From: a virus
Lineage: Duplodnaviria > Caudoviricetes
Reading direction: 5' to 3' (one strand)
Length of the DNA: 64,000 nt
IMG/VR virus record: IMGVR_UViG_2859720988_000003
The notes under the pieces were generated by a model. It ran no database searches. It saw only the letters and a program-made list of their open reading frames with translations, and was not told where the DNA came from. Positions 46,813 to 57,800 of this stretch are shown here, in pieces (the stretch's first letter is position 1; each line of letters opens with the position of its first letter). A program made the position numbers and the translations under genes.

Positions 46813-47064
46813 ATGAAATCTCCGGCATTTAGAAGTAAAGCCCTGCGCGATTCTGCACGGGGCCAATGCTGCACGCTACAGATCCCCAGCATCTGTAACG
46901 GTAACCCAGAAACAACGGTACTGTGCCATTTACCCAGTTCAACCCACGGCATGGGGTATAAGTCAGATGACTACTGGGCCGGAGAGAAGGAGCAAACTCT
47001 GTTGTTAGCATTGTACAAAACAATCGAATTGTGGATAAAATCGGGAAAGGCATTTAACGGATAA
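46813..47064 (+). pseudogene. DUF1364 family protein, internally deleted
   Basis: LRDSARGQCCTLQIPSICNGNPETTVLCHL; lacks the C..CHD motif present in 10235..10519. Confidence 0.6.
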
Positions 47065-47130
47065 GGGACTATTGATGCGTCATAATATATTGTTTTTTAA
47101 ATATTTCTATTCCACGACATTCGGTTTTTT

Positions 47131-47915
47131 GGTCACGTATTCAATGTGTAGATAGGGTCATTGCAGGTAATGCTCACGCTCAATGAACGTGCCGATTATC
47201 TTGTCATGCATTTCTGCCGATTTTGAGTACCCAAGCGTTTTGCGATTCAGTCGTTTTAACCGGTTACGAAGATTCAGGTTTTCGCGTTCAATCCGCTGGG
47301 TGTAAAGCTTACCTGTGATGTCTTTTGTAGCCGGTAACATCTCATAAGCACTGAAGTTGTCTGTACACCAGAAGGCGACTCTGAAGCCCGACAGTAAACC
47401 CAGTAATTTGCACTGCGTCATTTTGCTCCTGCGCCCAAAAGCATGAGCAACAATACGTTTGAGACGAGGCTCCCATGCATACCACAGCCAACGCTGACGC
47501 TTTTTATTGCCAACAAACGACCACATTTCATCAACTTCACAGATAAGCTGAATTTGCAGGTTATCCAGAGGAAGCGTGGTTACAACTCTCGGCGAGAGTT
47601 TTTTAGTGTGCGCACAACGGCATTAATGCTGATATGTAAAGCTCGGGCAGTGTCTCGAATACCGGCATTGTTCATTGCAAGGTCGACAATTTGTGATTTC
47701 ATGCCGGGTTGGCAGGCGCGATAAGCATAATCGAGCTGGAAAGTACGGCAGCACGACTGGCACCGATAGCGCTGAAGTTTGGCCTTACCCAGGCCATGCT
47801 TTTTAACAGATTCGATTTGCTCACAAAACGTGCATTTTACGTCAACTTTAGCCATCAGATGCACACTTCAAAAAGAGTGATTCTACCGCATGATCAACAC
47901 ATTGAATACTTGACC
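47131..47915 (-). mobile_element. IS1-family element, copy A1 (insA 47580-47864, insB 47158-47526)
   Basis: TIRs GGTCACGTATTCAATGTGT / ACACATTGAATACTTGACC; zinc-finger InsA, A6C frameshift motif, DDE InsB. Confidence 0.95.
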
Positions 47916-48031
47916 AAAGCGAGGATATTCCCACTGAAGAGGTAAATTAGAATACAACACCGGGCTTAATGGCCCGGTTATTTAAAGCTGGCTAAAAATG
48001 TCAGATATCACCATTCGCAATTACCAATCTT

Positions 48032-48256
48032 TTATTTCTGTTTCGTTACTGTGAATTTATCACTACATTTTTGCACTGCCCAGAATATTACAGCGCCAAC
48101 CACGAAGAAGCCGATAGCAACACCCCAGGCGGTAATCCCTTCATAGAAGGCATAAGCAATCATAAATCCTATAGCCATTATGAACGTAACGATAACGCCA
48201 ATCATATCGAAGATAAATCGCAAGAACCCATTAATAACTTTTGATTTCATCTGCAA
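48032..48256 (-). CDS. Small two-TM membrane protein
   Basis: 74 aa, hydrophobic; overlaps the upstream gene. Confidence 0.7.
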   Translation of the reverse strand: MQMKSKVINGFLRFIFDMIGVIVTFIMAIGFMIAYAFYEGITAWGVAIGFFVVGAVIFWAVQKCSDKFTVTKQK

Positions 48257-48872
48257 AATGCCTCAACGCCATAGGGTTATTTTTTGCCATTTTACTGAGT
48301 TTCATAAAACGCTCGAATGGCTTCTCAAAAAGAAAGAACAACATATCGTAATCATCCGGTTTTAGCTTATTAAAAAGCGATGGATTTTCTCGGGCTAATG
48401 TCCGTGATGATTCACATGCGCGAGATGCGATCCCTTGTAGCATAACGATGGAAATCATCGCGGTGGTGCCTAATCTAAAACTCAGTGTTACCGCAGAACT
48501 GGCCGCTAAGCCACTAACGACTCGTCCACTGATATAACCTGATATCAATGTCTGTGCCGCCATACGCGTGATTTTACCAGTGGCACCATAGATAAGCTCT
48601 TGGTGTAATTGTTGAATGGTTTCATCCGGTAAACGGCTAAGGGTATCATGAATGATGATATCTGCTATTTTAGCGATAATAAAACGATCGCGAATGAGAT
48701 TACTGAAGGCATTAAGAAAACGCTTATCATCAGACATATTACGTTGTTGATAATATCGTCCGCCATCGGAAAGTTTTAAATCTTGAAAGGTACGTTCAAC
48801 CCCCAAATATAAATCCATGGGGATAGACTTGATTCCCTCAGCCATGGCCTTAATAAATCTTGATGAATCCAT
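48231..48872 (-). CDS. Hypothetical 213-aa protein, paralog of 56475..57095
   Basis: AAGG RBS; C-terminal G..SRA...S..L....P..F.KL...D.D.LFFL shared with the paralog. Confidence 0.75.
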   Translation of the reverse strand: MDSSRFIKAMAEGIKSIPMDLYLGVERTFQDLKLSDGGRYYQQRNMSDDKRFLNAFSNLIRDRFIIAKIADIIIHDTLSRLPDETIQQLHQELIYGATGKITRMAAQTLISGYISGRVVSGLAASSAVTLSFRLGTTAMISIVMLQGIASRACESSRTLARENPSLFNKLKPDDYDMLFFLFEKPFERFMKLSKMAKNNPMALRHFADEIKSY

Positions 48873-49115
48873 AACATTTCCTTGTTCTGACTACATTCGC
48901 CTCCGCCTAGCATATTGGATTAAGGATCAATATTCCAAACCATTATAGTGAGCAAAATTCTGAAAATAGAACAACATCAGATATTTCCCACGTGCATTGA
49001 AAAATATCCGCTACCTCCAAGCCAGATAGCTATGCGTCTTAAAATAAATAACTACCCTGTTGCTCTCTTATCAACAACGCGCTAAATTATCCAAAGATGC
49101 CAAGCCTCACTTTTT

Positions 49116-49900
49116 GGTCACGTATTCAATGTGTAGATAGGGTCATTGCAGGTAATGCTCACGCTCAATGAACGTGCCGATTATCTTGTCATGCATTTCT
49201 GCCGATTTTGAGTACCCAAGCGTTTTGCGATTCAGTCGTTTTAACCGGTTACGAAGATTCAGGTTTTCGCGTTCAATCCGCTGGGTGTAAAGCTTACCTG
49301 TGATGTCTTTTGTAGCCGGTAACATCTCATAAGCACTGAAGTTGTCTGTACACCAGAAGGCGACTCTGAAGCCCGACAGTAAACCCAGTAATTTGCACTG
49401 CGTCATTTTGCTCCTGCGCCCAAAAGCATGAGCAACAATACGTTTGAGACGAGGCTCCCATGCATACCACAGCCAACGCTGACGCTTTTTATTGCCAACA
49501 AACGACCACATTTCATCAACTTCACAGATAAGCTGAATTTGCAGGTTATCCAGAGGAAGCGTGGTTACAACTCTCGGCGAGAGTTTTTTAGTGTGCGCAC
49601 AACGGCATTAATGCTGATATGTAAAGCTCGGGCAGTGTCTCGAATACCGGCATTGTTCATTGCAAGGTCGACAATTTGTGATTTCATGCCGGGTTGGCAG
49701 GCGCGATAAGCATAATCGAGCTGGAAAGTACGGCAGCACGACTGGCACCGATAGCGCTGAAGTTTGGCCTTACCCAGGCCATGCTTTTTAACAGATTCGA
49801 TTTGCTCACAAAACGTGCATTTTACGTCAACTTTAGCCATCAGATGCACACTTCAAAAAGAGTGATTCTACCGCATGATCAACACATTGAATACTTGACC
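49116..49900 (-). mobile_element. IS1-family element, copy A2
   Basis: 785 bp; same TIRs and translated ORFs as A1. Confidence 0.95.
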
Positions 49901-50484
49901 ATAAGTTATATGCCATAAATAATGGAATGAGAAACTTCCTACAAAACACCACTCCGAGACCTATAGAAACAAAAAAAAATTGATAATATATTAAATCATC
50001 TTATTAATAAGTTCCATGCTGATTGGTAATGCATAGTTCTTCTTGCTTTTTTGATGTTATCTATTGAAGTAATGGTTAAGACCTAAATGACATCTATGAT
50101 ATTCATAGATGATTTTTTATTAAAAATTAACAAAAAATATTAGTATGCAAACTACACCATATGAGTATATAAATTATTTTATGCCCATGCTGTAGTAGTT
50201 TTCATGGTTTTTTGTGGTAAAAATAATTCAATATCAGATATCAAATGTATCATGGATAGCAACTGTGATTGTTTATTTTTAGTTTCTCGCCATTATTTAA
50301 GAATAGATGGAATGGTCTATTCTTATTTTAGCTCTTGTGTCATCACTACGGACCATGACGGAATATCTATAAATTTATAACTTATATAGGGTATGGACTT
50401 TTAAACCAGGAATAAACCACCAAGCCTTAATTAATATCAAGAGTTATATTCTGATGTCAACCAGGCTTTTATTGAGAATATAGT

Positions 50485-50570
50485 ATGAATAAAGTATTTA
50501 AAATAATTTGGAATACAACATTGAATCGATTTGATGTGGTGCCCGAGTTTGCAAAAGCAGGGAAAAAATG
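50485..50570 (+). pseudogene. Detached 5' end (ESPR signal extension) of the autotransporter
   Basis: MNKVFKIIWNTTLNRFDVVPEFAKAGKK rejoins 51343 onward in frame when the IS and one TSD copy are removed. Confidence 0.85.
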
Positions 50571-51334
50571 GGTCGTGCCGCAGATTTAGTGGTAATGGTT
50601 AATTGTCAGATACCATCCGATGATCTTATCGTGCATTTCTTCTGATTTTGAGAAGCAGATAGTCTTGCGGGCTAACCGTTTGAGATGGGTTCGCAAGTTC
50701 AGATTATGTCGCTCTATCCTCTGGGTGTATTTCTTGCTGATAACATGACTGGTTGAGGACAATAAAGTGCGGTATACCGGCCAGGCATCGGTCATGTAGA
50801 AGGCAATGCTAAACTGGCTCAGCAAAACCAGAAGACGCTTTAATGTCAAAGCATTTCGCGGGCCAAATACATGGGCGATAACGCGCTTTCGGATGCGGTC
50901 ATAGGCATAAAACAGCCAGCGTTGATTGCCTTTACAGCGGACATATGACCACTGCTCATCGGCTTCACAGCAGATAACCACCTCTGCGCTAGGCTCTACG
51001 TTTTGCGCTACCTGGTGCGGCGTAAGTTTTTTAGATGACGCAGAACGGTATTGAGGCTTATCCGTAGAACCCGTGCTGTATCGCGGCATCCGGAGCCGTT
51101 CATCGCCATATCAACGATGGCCTGATGGGTTTCGGGTTTAGCTCCGTTGTAGCGATAGCTGAGCTGGAAGGTCTTCAGGCATTGGTTACAGCGATAGAGC
51201 TGCGCCCCTGAGCCGGAGTGGCCGTTTCGGATAACCCCATGAGTTTCAGAACAGCGAGGACAAACCACATCAATCTTTGCCATCAATCATCCAAAGGGTA
51301 AAGAGTACACCAACACTAAGTTTGCGTCACGACC
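50571..51334 (-). mobile_element. IS1-family element, type B (insA 51008-51286, insB within 50586-51089)
   Basis: TIRs GGTCGTGCCGCAGATTTAGTG / GGTCGTGACGCAAACTTAGTG; 8-bp TSD AAAAAATG at 50563-50570 and 51335-51342. Confidence 0.95.
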
Positions 51335-51358
51335 AAAAAATGTAAAGCATCAACTTCC

Positions 51359-54300
51359 ATGACCATAAAGACTACTATCAAACTTCCGTTGATTATAGGC
51401 CTTAGTGCTTTCGCTACGGGAAATGCCTGGGCTGCACCATTGCCATCCATTATTGTTAACAGTACGGTTAGCGAGAATGATGTAGAGCGTGATTCTGCCA
51501 CAGGTCCGGCAGTTGCCGTGACTAGTGGCGGTAATTATACCGGTACAAACGTAACTATCACCTCACAAGCTCCAGCCTCTGGCGGAAATACGGCCGCCTT
51601 CTATGTGACCTCAGGCGGTAAAGCAAATATTGATGCCAGTAGCAATATCATCATGAATTCCTCAAGTATCGCTACGATTTGTTGCTCATATGGCCTTGTT
51701 GTCGATGGTGTGGGAAGTGTTGTAGATACTTCAGCTACGATAGTTGGTAGTACCGGGGGGGCGGGAGTGTACAACGGTGGTCTACTCAATCTTAATGGCG
51801 GTTCCCTCTCTGGCCTGTATGGCATCGTTTCCAGTGGCACTGGCAGTGTTATCTCTGGCAATGCGGATATTTCTGGTTCGGGAGCCGGGACTGGAGTTCG
51901 GGCTGAACTCGGTGGTTCGGTTATTTTGAATGGTGGAAGTGTCTTGTCAAATGGCATGACTGCAACGGGTAGTGGGAGTTCCATTTCTGCAACAGCACTT
52001 ACTGTAAACGGCAGTATAAATGCCAATAATGGCGCCACCATCTCTCTTGATGGTGGGTCGGTGAGCGCAGGAGGCTTTGGTGCTGTTGGAGTTCTTGCCG
52101 ATGGCTTGGCTAGTAGCTATGTCACGACGTCAGCAGATATCACCATGACTGGTGGTGGTGGTGGTTCTACCGCTATTTCCGCTAGAAACGGCGCGACCGT
52201 AGATATTACGGGGGGCAGTTTGGTTGGGGATACTTATGGCATTACCGCAGTCACTGGGGGACAAGTTTTAGTCTCCAATGCTAATGTTACATCTAATAAT
52301 ACAGGGGTCTATGCGGCTGACAGTGGCTCTCGAGTAACACTCAACAATGGCACTATCAATATGCCTGGTTGGAATAATGTGGGTGTGACAGTCAACGGAG
52401 TGGGTGCTGTTGTCGAAAACCTCGGAGTCACAATTATTGGTGGGGGTGCTAGTAGCATTGGTGCTCAAGCCAATAATGGCGGCTCTTACATCCTGGCAAC
52501 TGGCGGTACGATGACCGGCAGTGGAACAGGGATCAAAGCCAATGGTGTAGGTAGCTCAGTTGTCAGTTCGGGTACGGTTAGCGCGACTCAACGTGCTGTA
52601 AATGCAACAAACAGTGGTATTGTGACCGTAAATGGTGGGTCTTTGGCGACAACTATTGCCGGCTATACTGCTATTGTTGCAGATACTAGTGGGCAGGTTA
52701 ATATAACGGATGCGTCTGTTTTAGACTCGGCCACTTTAGCTGGTAATGGTATTCAGGCAATCAGCAGCGGAGTGGTCAATTTGGCTGGCGGTACTCTGAA
52801 TATTAATGCCATTAACAGCTCGGGATTGATCATCGACGGTACAGGTTCAACCATTAATAGTTCAGCACCGCTGAATATCAATGTCGTTGGTTCTTCGAGT
52901 AAAGCAATAAGTGTCGCCAATGGCGCTTCACAAACATTCCAAGGTTTAACTGCTAGTGTGACGGGCAGTAATAGTAATGTGGTCCAATCCAATGGTGGTG
53001 CAAACCAACTTACCTTAATAGGGAGTTCGCTCAACAGCACGCAAGGTGCAGCTATCATTGGCCAGGGTGGCTCGCTTGACCTCATTGTGTCTAACTCTCA
53101 ACTGAGTGGGCCAGTACTGGTGCAAGACAATGGCAGTACAATTGATATCACTGCCAGTGACAGTTCGGTTATCTCTGGTTCAGCAGAAGCAGCTAACTCT
53201 TCACTCACGTTAGATACTGGCTCTGCATGGAATGTCGGGGCGGGTAGTTCAACGTTGGCTTCTCTCTCAATTGATAATGGCACAATAAGATACATGGGGG
53301 CTGGTAGCCTAAACCTTAGCGGTGATGTCATTCTGGGTCCAAGTGGCGGTATATTCGACACCAATGGCTTTGATGCTGTACTTTCCGCCAGTACTATCTC
53401 TGGGGTGGGTAACTTTGCAAAAAATGGTGCTGGCACGATATCGTTGACACAATCTGCGGTCTACACTGGCCAGACGAACATCAATGCGGGCGGGCTTATC
53501 CTAGGTAGTAACGTTGATCCAATAACATTAGCTAGCCAACAAGTAAACATTGCCAACGGTGCTTTTATGGCAGGTTTTGGTGGAGTGGCAGGCGCTGTTG
53601 ATAACAACGGGATATTGTTTGTCGGCAACCCAACTGCTCCGGTGACTTCAGTATTGAGTAACGTGTTCACAGTCGGGACGGATCTTACTAATAGCGGCAG
53701 TGTTTTTATCGGTAATGAAACTAGTAATGGTACCGGTAGCACGGGCAATCAGTTGATAGTAAATGGTAATTATACAGGTAACAGCGGTCTTCTGCATTTC
53801 AACACCGTACTGGGGGATGATAACTCGGCAACGGATAGCATGATCATTAATGGCAACACCAGTGGAATCACTTATGTTAGCGTTGATAATGCTGGAGGTA
53901 GTGGGGCCCAGACACTGAATGGTATTGAACTGATTCAGGTGAACGGTCAGTCAGATGGTAAGTTCGTGCAAAATGGCCGTATTGTTGCGGGGGCGTATGA
54001 TTACTCTCTGGCCCGTGGCGTGGGAACAAATGCGACCAATTGGTATTTGAGTAGTGATGTGGTGACTGCTCCGGTTGATCCTACTGCCCCAGTAGACCCA
54101 TCATTAATGGTCGAACGTCCGGAAGCCAGTGGTTATGCAGCGAACCTGGCTGCAGCGAACAACATGTTCGCCATGAGTCTGCATGACCGTTTGGGTGAAA
54201 CACAATATATCGATGCATTAACCGGAGAACAGAAAGTGACAAGTCTGTGGCTGCGTAATGCTGGAGGCCATAATCGCTCCCGTGATACGTTGGGCCAGCT

Positions 54301-55084
54301 AAGTACGAAAGCTAACCGGTATGTAGTGCAATTGGGCGGCGATATTGCTCAGTGGAGTCATGGCGGGCAGGACCGTTTCCATCTTGGTGTGATGGGCGGT
54401 TATGCAAATAGCAAGAGCAGAACAGGAGCGAGTCTATCAGGTTACAGCGCCCGGGCCTCTGTTGATGGCTATAGCACGGGTGTCTATGGTACTTGGTATG
54501 CTAATGAAACCGATAAATCTGGCTTGTATGTGGATAGCTGGGCGCAATATAGCTGGTTCAATAACACCGTTGATGGCCAAGGATTGAATACTGAAGAGTA
54601 TAAATCTAAAGGGTGGACAGCTTCTCTTGAGAGCGGTTATACCTTTAAAGTAGGTGAGAACGCGGCTAAAAATGCGACTTACTTTATCCAACCGAAAGCC
54701 CAGGTGACTTGGATGGGTGTCAAGGCTGATGACCATAAAGAAGTTAACGGTACCCGTGTATCCGGCGAAGGGGATGGAAATATTCAAACCCGTCTGGGGG
54801 TAAAAGCCTTTATGAACGGTTACAGTGAGCAGGATAAAGGGAAAGACCGGGTATTCCAGCCTTTTGTTGAAGCCAACTGGATTCATAACACCAATGATTT
54901 TGGTACTACTATGAACGGCGTAACCATTAAGCAAGATGGTGCAGCCAATATTGGTGAACTGAAAGTCGGTGTAGAAGGGCAAATCAATAAGCAGGTCAAT
55001 CTGTGGGGCAATGTTGGTCAACAAATTGGTAATAAAGGCTACAGCGATACTGCGGTGATGTTAGGAGTTAAGTACAACTTCTAA
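51359..55084 (+). CDS. AIDA-I/Yap-like type Va autotransporter (5'-truncated by IS)
   Basis: Gly/Ser/Asn-rich beta-helix passenger, autochaperone region, beta-barrel ending GVKYNF. Confidence 0.9.
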   Translation: MTIKTTIKLPLIIGLSAFATGNAWAAPLPSIIVNSTVSENDVERDSATGPAVAVTSGGNYTGTNVTITSQAPASGGNTAAFYVTSGGKANIDASSNIIMNSSSIATICCSYGLVVDGVGSVVDTSATIVGSTGGAGVYNGGLLNLNGGSLSGLYGIVSSGTGSVISGNADISGSGAGTGVRAELGGSVILNGGSVLSNGMTATGSGSSISATALTVNGSINANNGATISLDGGSVSAGGFGAVGVLADGLASSYVTTSADITMTGGGGGSTAISARNGATVDITGGSLVGDTYGITAVTGGQVLVSNANVTSNNTGVYAADSGSRVTLNNGTINMPGWNNVGVTVNGVGAVVENLGVTIIGGGASSIGAQANNGGSYILATGGTMTGSGTGIKANGVGSSVVSSGTVSATQRAVNATNSGIVTVNGGSLATTIAGYTAIVADTSGQVNITDASVLDSATLAGNGIQAISSGVVNLAGGTLNINAINSSGLIIDGTGSTINSSAPLNINVVGSSSKAISVANGASQTFQGLTASVTGSNSNVVQSNGGANQLTLIGSSLNSTQGAAIIGQGGSLDLIVSNSQLSGPVLVQDNGSTIDITASDSSVISGSAEAANSSLTLDTGSAWNVGAGSSTLASLSIDNGTIRYMGAGSLNLSGDVILGPSGGIFDTNGFDAVLSASTISGVGNFAKNGAGTISLTQSAVYTGQTNINAGGLILGSNVDPITLASQQVNIANGAFMAGFGGVAGAVDNNGILFVGNPTAPVTSVLSNVFTVGTDLTNSGSVFIGNETSNGTGSTGNQLIVNGNYTGNSGLLHFNTVLGDDNSATDSMIINGNTSGITYVSVDNAGGSGAQTLNGIELIQVNGQSDGKFVQNGRIVAGAYDYSLARGVGTNATNWYLSSDVVTAPVDPTAPVDPSLMVERPEASGYAANLAAANNMFAMSLHDRLGETQYIDALTGEQKVTSLWLRNAGGHNRSRDTLGQLSTKANRYVVQLGGDIAQWSHGGQDRFHLGVMGGYANSKSRTGASLSGYSARASVDGYSTGVYGTWYANETDKSGLYVDSWAQYSWFNNTVDGQGLNTEEYKSKGWTASLESGYTFKVGENAAKNATYFIQPKAQVTWMGVKADDHKEVNGTRVSGEGDGNIQTRLGVKAFMNGYSEQDKGKDRVFQPFVEANWIHNTNDFGTTMNGVTIKQDGAANIGELKVGVEGQINKQVNLWGNVGQQIGNKGYSDTAVMLGVKYNF

Positions 55085-55436
55085 TCAGTTAAAAATACCA
55101 TAGGTTACGATATCAGCATATTGTTATGATGTGCTGATATCTTTTGCATTATTCTCACTTATATAATCAGTAAATACTGCCATTAAGTTATATTTTACTG
55201 AAGAGTAAAATACGGTTTTTAGTGTTGGTTATGAGCTTAAAAAATCTTTGTCAAAGATAAGTGTTCATCAACAAATTATTGGATTTATAGCCCGAAATTT
55301 TTACGAATAGTTCCAGATTAATTGATAACTATATGAATTTAAAGGATGGCATAACAAGGTAAAACGAGGTGTTTTATTAAATGGAATGATGGTATATAAT
55401 TGATTTAAAATGGAATTTATAATATCAATCTGAAAT

Positions 55437-55460
55437 AGGAATCGTATTCGGTCTTTTTTT
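55437..55460 (+). repeat. att core 2 (SdsR/RyeB 3' end)
   Basis: Identical to 45735-45758; the upstream ~150 bp (from 55292) resembles 45590-45734. Confidence 0.8.
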
Positions 55461-55559
55461 AATTTATTATAAAGACATGTCTGACCAGCGCTATCGTGCG
55501 TGGTAAATCCAATCTGGCTACAGGAAATGCATGTTACCGAAGCTCAAAGATCGCGCTGC

Positions 55560-55738
55560 CATCGAATTTGGCTAGTTCAGAACGAGCTTACTGCGCTCAA
55601 ACTGACTTGATGCTGGGGATTATTGATGATGCTGGCACAGCGCGCTTGATTAACCTGAAAGGTTACGTCATATCTTTAAAACAATTAGATATATCGACAG
55701 CCCCTGAAATTGAATGGCCGGTAGCGCCAGTATCATAA
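55560..55738 (+). pseudogene. Tail fibre assembly chaperone C-terminal fragment
   Basis: LMLGIIDD...LDISTAPEIEWPVAP, followed by a hairpin at 55747-55767. Confidence 0.6.
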
Positions 55739-55771
55739 AATATAAAACTGGGTTTAACGGCCCGGTCTATT

Positions 55772-56098
55772 TTAATCATATAGCCAGCGGCCTGCTTTGG
55801 CAGATTCTGTAAACATTTTTATTGTCAGTGGTTTTTTGTCTTGGACTGGTTCCTTAAAAGAAAAGAATCCTTTTTCTTTCCAAGGAAAATAATTACTCCA
55901 ATAGAAGTTATCATAGTTAACGTTAAATGCTTTTAAACAGGTGGCTGTGGCATCACTTATGTCCTCAAAGCCAAAATTACTTAGCAAAACAGAATCGACT
56001 TCAACAAGGATCCTCTTGAAGACAATCGTCGCTATGAGGGAATGCTCTTTTTTCAAAAAATCGATAACCAGTAGTTCAAGATCAGTTTGAGTTACCAT
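55772..56098 (-). CDS. DUF1493 family protein
   Basis: F.W.NYFPW...KPLTIKMFTESAKAGRWLYD. Confidence 0.75.
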   Translation of the reverse strand: MVTQTDLELLVIDFLKKEHSLIATIVFKRILVEVDSVLLSNFGFEDISDATATCLKAFNVNYDNFYWSNYFPWKEKGFFSFKEPVQDKKPLTIKMFTESAKAGRWLYD

Positions 56099-56222
56099 AA
56101 ATTATTGCTAACTCAAACTGATAGCCCATGAAGGTTATCCCTACTGTGAGTGCATACAGAATCGCTATAGCATTTTGGGTTAATGTTGGTTATTATAAAT
56201 ATAATTCGGGATTTTTTAATTA

Positions 56223-56471
56223 ATGGAACTAATAATGAATACTAATAAATTTCTTTTTTACACAATGGCGTCATTATCATTTTGTCTGTTTTGTTTTATT
56301 ACCTTTGTTGTGTTCAGCTTTTTTACAACCATCATTGACATATATAATGACGGTGGGTTATCTCCATTTAACTATAGCTATGTTGTTGGTCACTTACTTA
56401 TTCTTATGTTTGGATTAGGTTGCTTCTACTTTTCAATAAAAACAACCTTTAAGTTAAAGGATAAAATTTAA
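56223..56471 (+). CDS. Small two-TM membrane protein
   Basis: Hydrophobic 82 aa; convergent with 56475..57095. Confidence 0.6.
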   Translation: MELIMNTNKFLFYTMASLSFCLFCFITFVVFSFFTTIIDIYNDGGLSPFNYSYVVGHLLILMFGLGCFYFSIKTTFKLKDKI

Positions 56472-56474
56472 TTA

Positions 56475-57095
56475 TTATCTTTCAAGACCAATTATTATCT
56501 TCATGATAATCTCGTCCCACGCGGAGGGATTTTTATCTTTCATTATCATAGCCTCAATAAATGGGCTGGCATAGCTATCCACCAAAAAATAAAACAAATC
56601 CAAATCACCAGAACTTCTTAGCTTAGTATATATATCAGGTGTTTTCTCCCTTAACGCATCAGAGCCATAAATTGCTCGAGACCTAGCTCCACCTATTGAA
56701 TAAATTGTTGAAAACAAAGAACCAACAAGAAATTTGCTCACGAGTCTTTTGGAGAAAATAGTAGATAAATCATTAAGAATAGCAGTGCTGATGACAAATT
56801 TGCCCGTTGCTTTTCCTAAACCATCAGCGAGTGATTTTATTTTGTCCTTTCTGATTTTGCTCACGAATTCATTTGTGATGATATTTAATATTTTGGTTAG
56901 ATCTTCATTTGTAACGCCTTTTTTTATTCTCTCTAAGAGCCGTATGGTGGCTATTTCATTTCTTGATCTGTTTTCCGTGTCAATAAAATCTACAAATATA
57001 AATGATATATCTTTTGAAAAGTCAATAACAACTTCACCTGCCTGCTTAAAATATATTTTATAGGCGGGTTTATTGTTTGACTTTAAAATTTCCAC
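56475..57095 (-). CDS. Hypothetical protein, paralog of 48231..48872 (original start may be ATA at 57128)
   Basis: Shared C-terminal motif; AAGGAA RBS precedes an in-frame ATA at 57128. Confidence 0.65.
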   Translation of the reverse strand: MEILKSNNKPAYKIYFKQAGEVVIDFSKDISFIFVDFIDTENRSRNEIATIRLLERIKKGVTNEDLTKILNIITNEFVSKIRKDKIKSLADGLGKATGKFVISTAILNDLSTIFSKRLVSKFLVGSLFSTIYSIGGARSRAIYGSDALREKTPDIYTKLRSSGDLDLFYFLVDSYASPFIEAMIMKDKNPSAWDEIIMKIIIGLER

Positions 57096-57606
57096 TATTT
57101 GATTTGCTATTAAATCTTGTTTAGATATTTTACGTTCCTTATAGAGTGTCCTATGTTTATTTTGTCACGTTCACACTTCTTTTTACATAAACCCCATGAG
57201 AGAAATAGCTTATCATAGGTTAATATTTTAATCGTACGAAAAGCTAGCGTAAGGTTTGGCTTATTACACTAAAAAATTTCTCTGTTATTACCATATAAAT
57301 TCCTATCACAGCATATTGGATTATGGATGATTACTCCATGCAATAAGAGTGAGCAAAATTCTGAAATTGGCGGGCGCTGATGGTTTTTGCCCTTCGTCAC
57401 ACTTCACATGATAGTGAGACTCTAGGCACCCCATCACGGCGATCAATGAAAAAATTCGGCCATCAAGTTACTTATAATCCCTTGTGTATCTTTCACCATA
57501 TTCTTAAAGCTGATTGTATAACCCATTGATATATTGCATTTAATTTAATGTTTAGTATGGCGAAAATATTGACTAACATTATGAATCAACGAGATATTAC
57601 CGGCGT

Positions 57607-57660
57607 TTTAAAATCCCTCGGCTTATGGCTGTGCGGGTTCAAGTCCCGCCCCGGGCACCA
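57607..57660 (+). repeat. 3' half of tRNA-Leu(UAA) (leuZ-type) used as att site; not a complete tRNA
   Basis: TTTAAAATCCCTCGG...GCGGGTTCAAGTCCCGCCCCGGGCACCA: anticodon loop, variable arm, T-arm and CCA, but no 5' acceptor strand or D-arm. Confidence 0.85.
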
Positions 57661-57704
57661 TGGAAACAAATCTAAGTAAAACAAAGCAGTATGAGTATGT
57701 CGTT

Positions 57705-57728
57705 AACCGCCGTGAGGCGGTTTTTTTG
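57705..57728 (+). terminator. Intrinsic terminator after the tRNA fragment
   Basis: AACCGCC-GTGA-GGCGGTTTTTTTT. Confidence 0.75.
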
Positions 57729-57800
57729 TGCCTGAAATCACATTCCTAAGATGTTCCTAACATCATTTCCTAACATGATTTTGGCAATCTGAATAAAAAC

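Noticed and set aside
51601-55024. Long antisense ORFs inside the autotransporter
   Set aside because: Expected shadows of a Gly/Ser/Thr-rich coding strand; no RBS or motifs
57560-57660. Complete tRNA-Leu gene
   Set aside because: The 5' acceptor strand and D-arm are absent; only the att-duplicated 3' half is present
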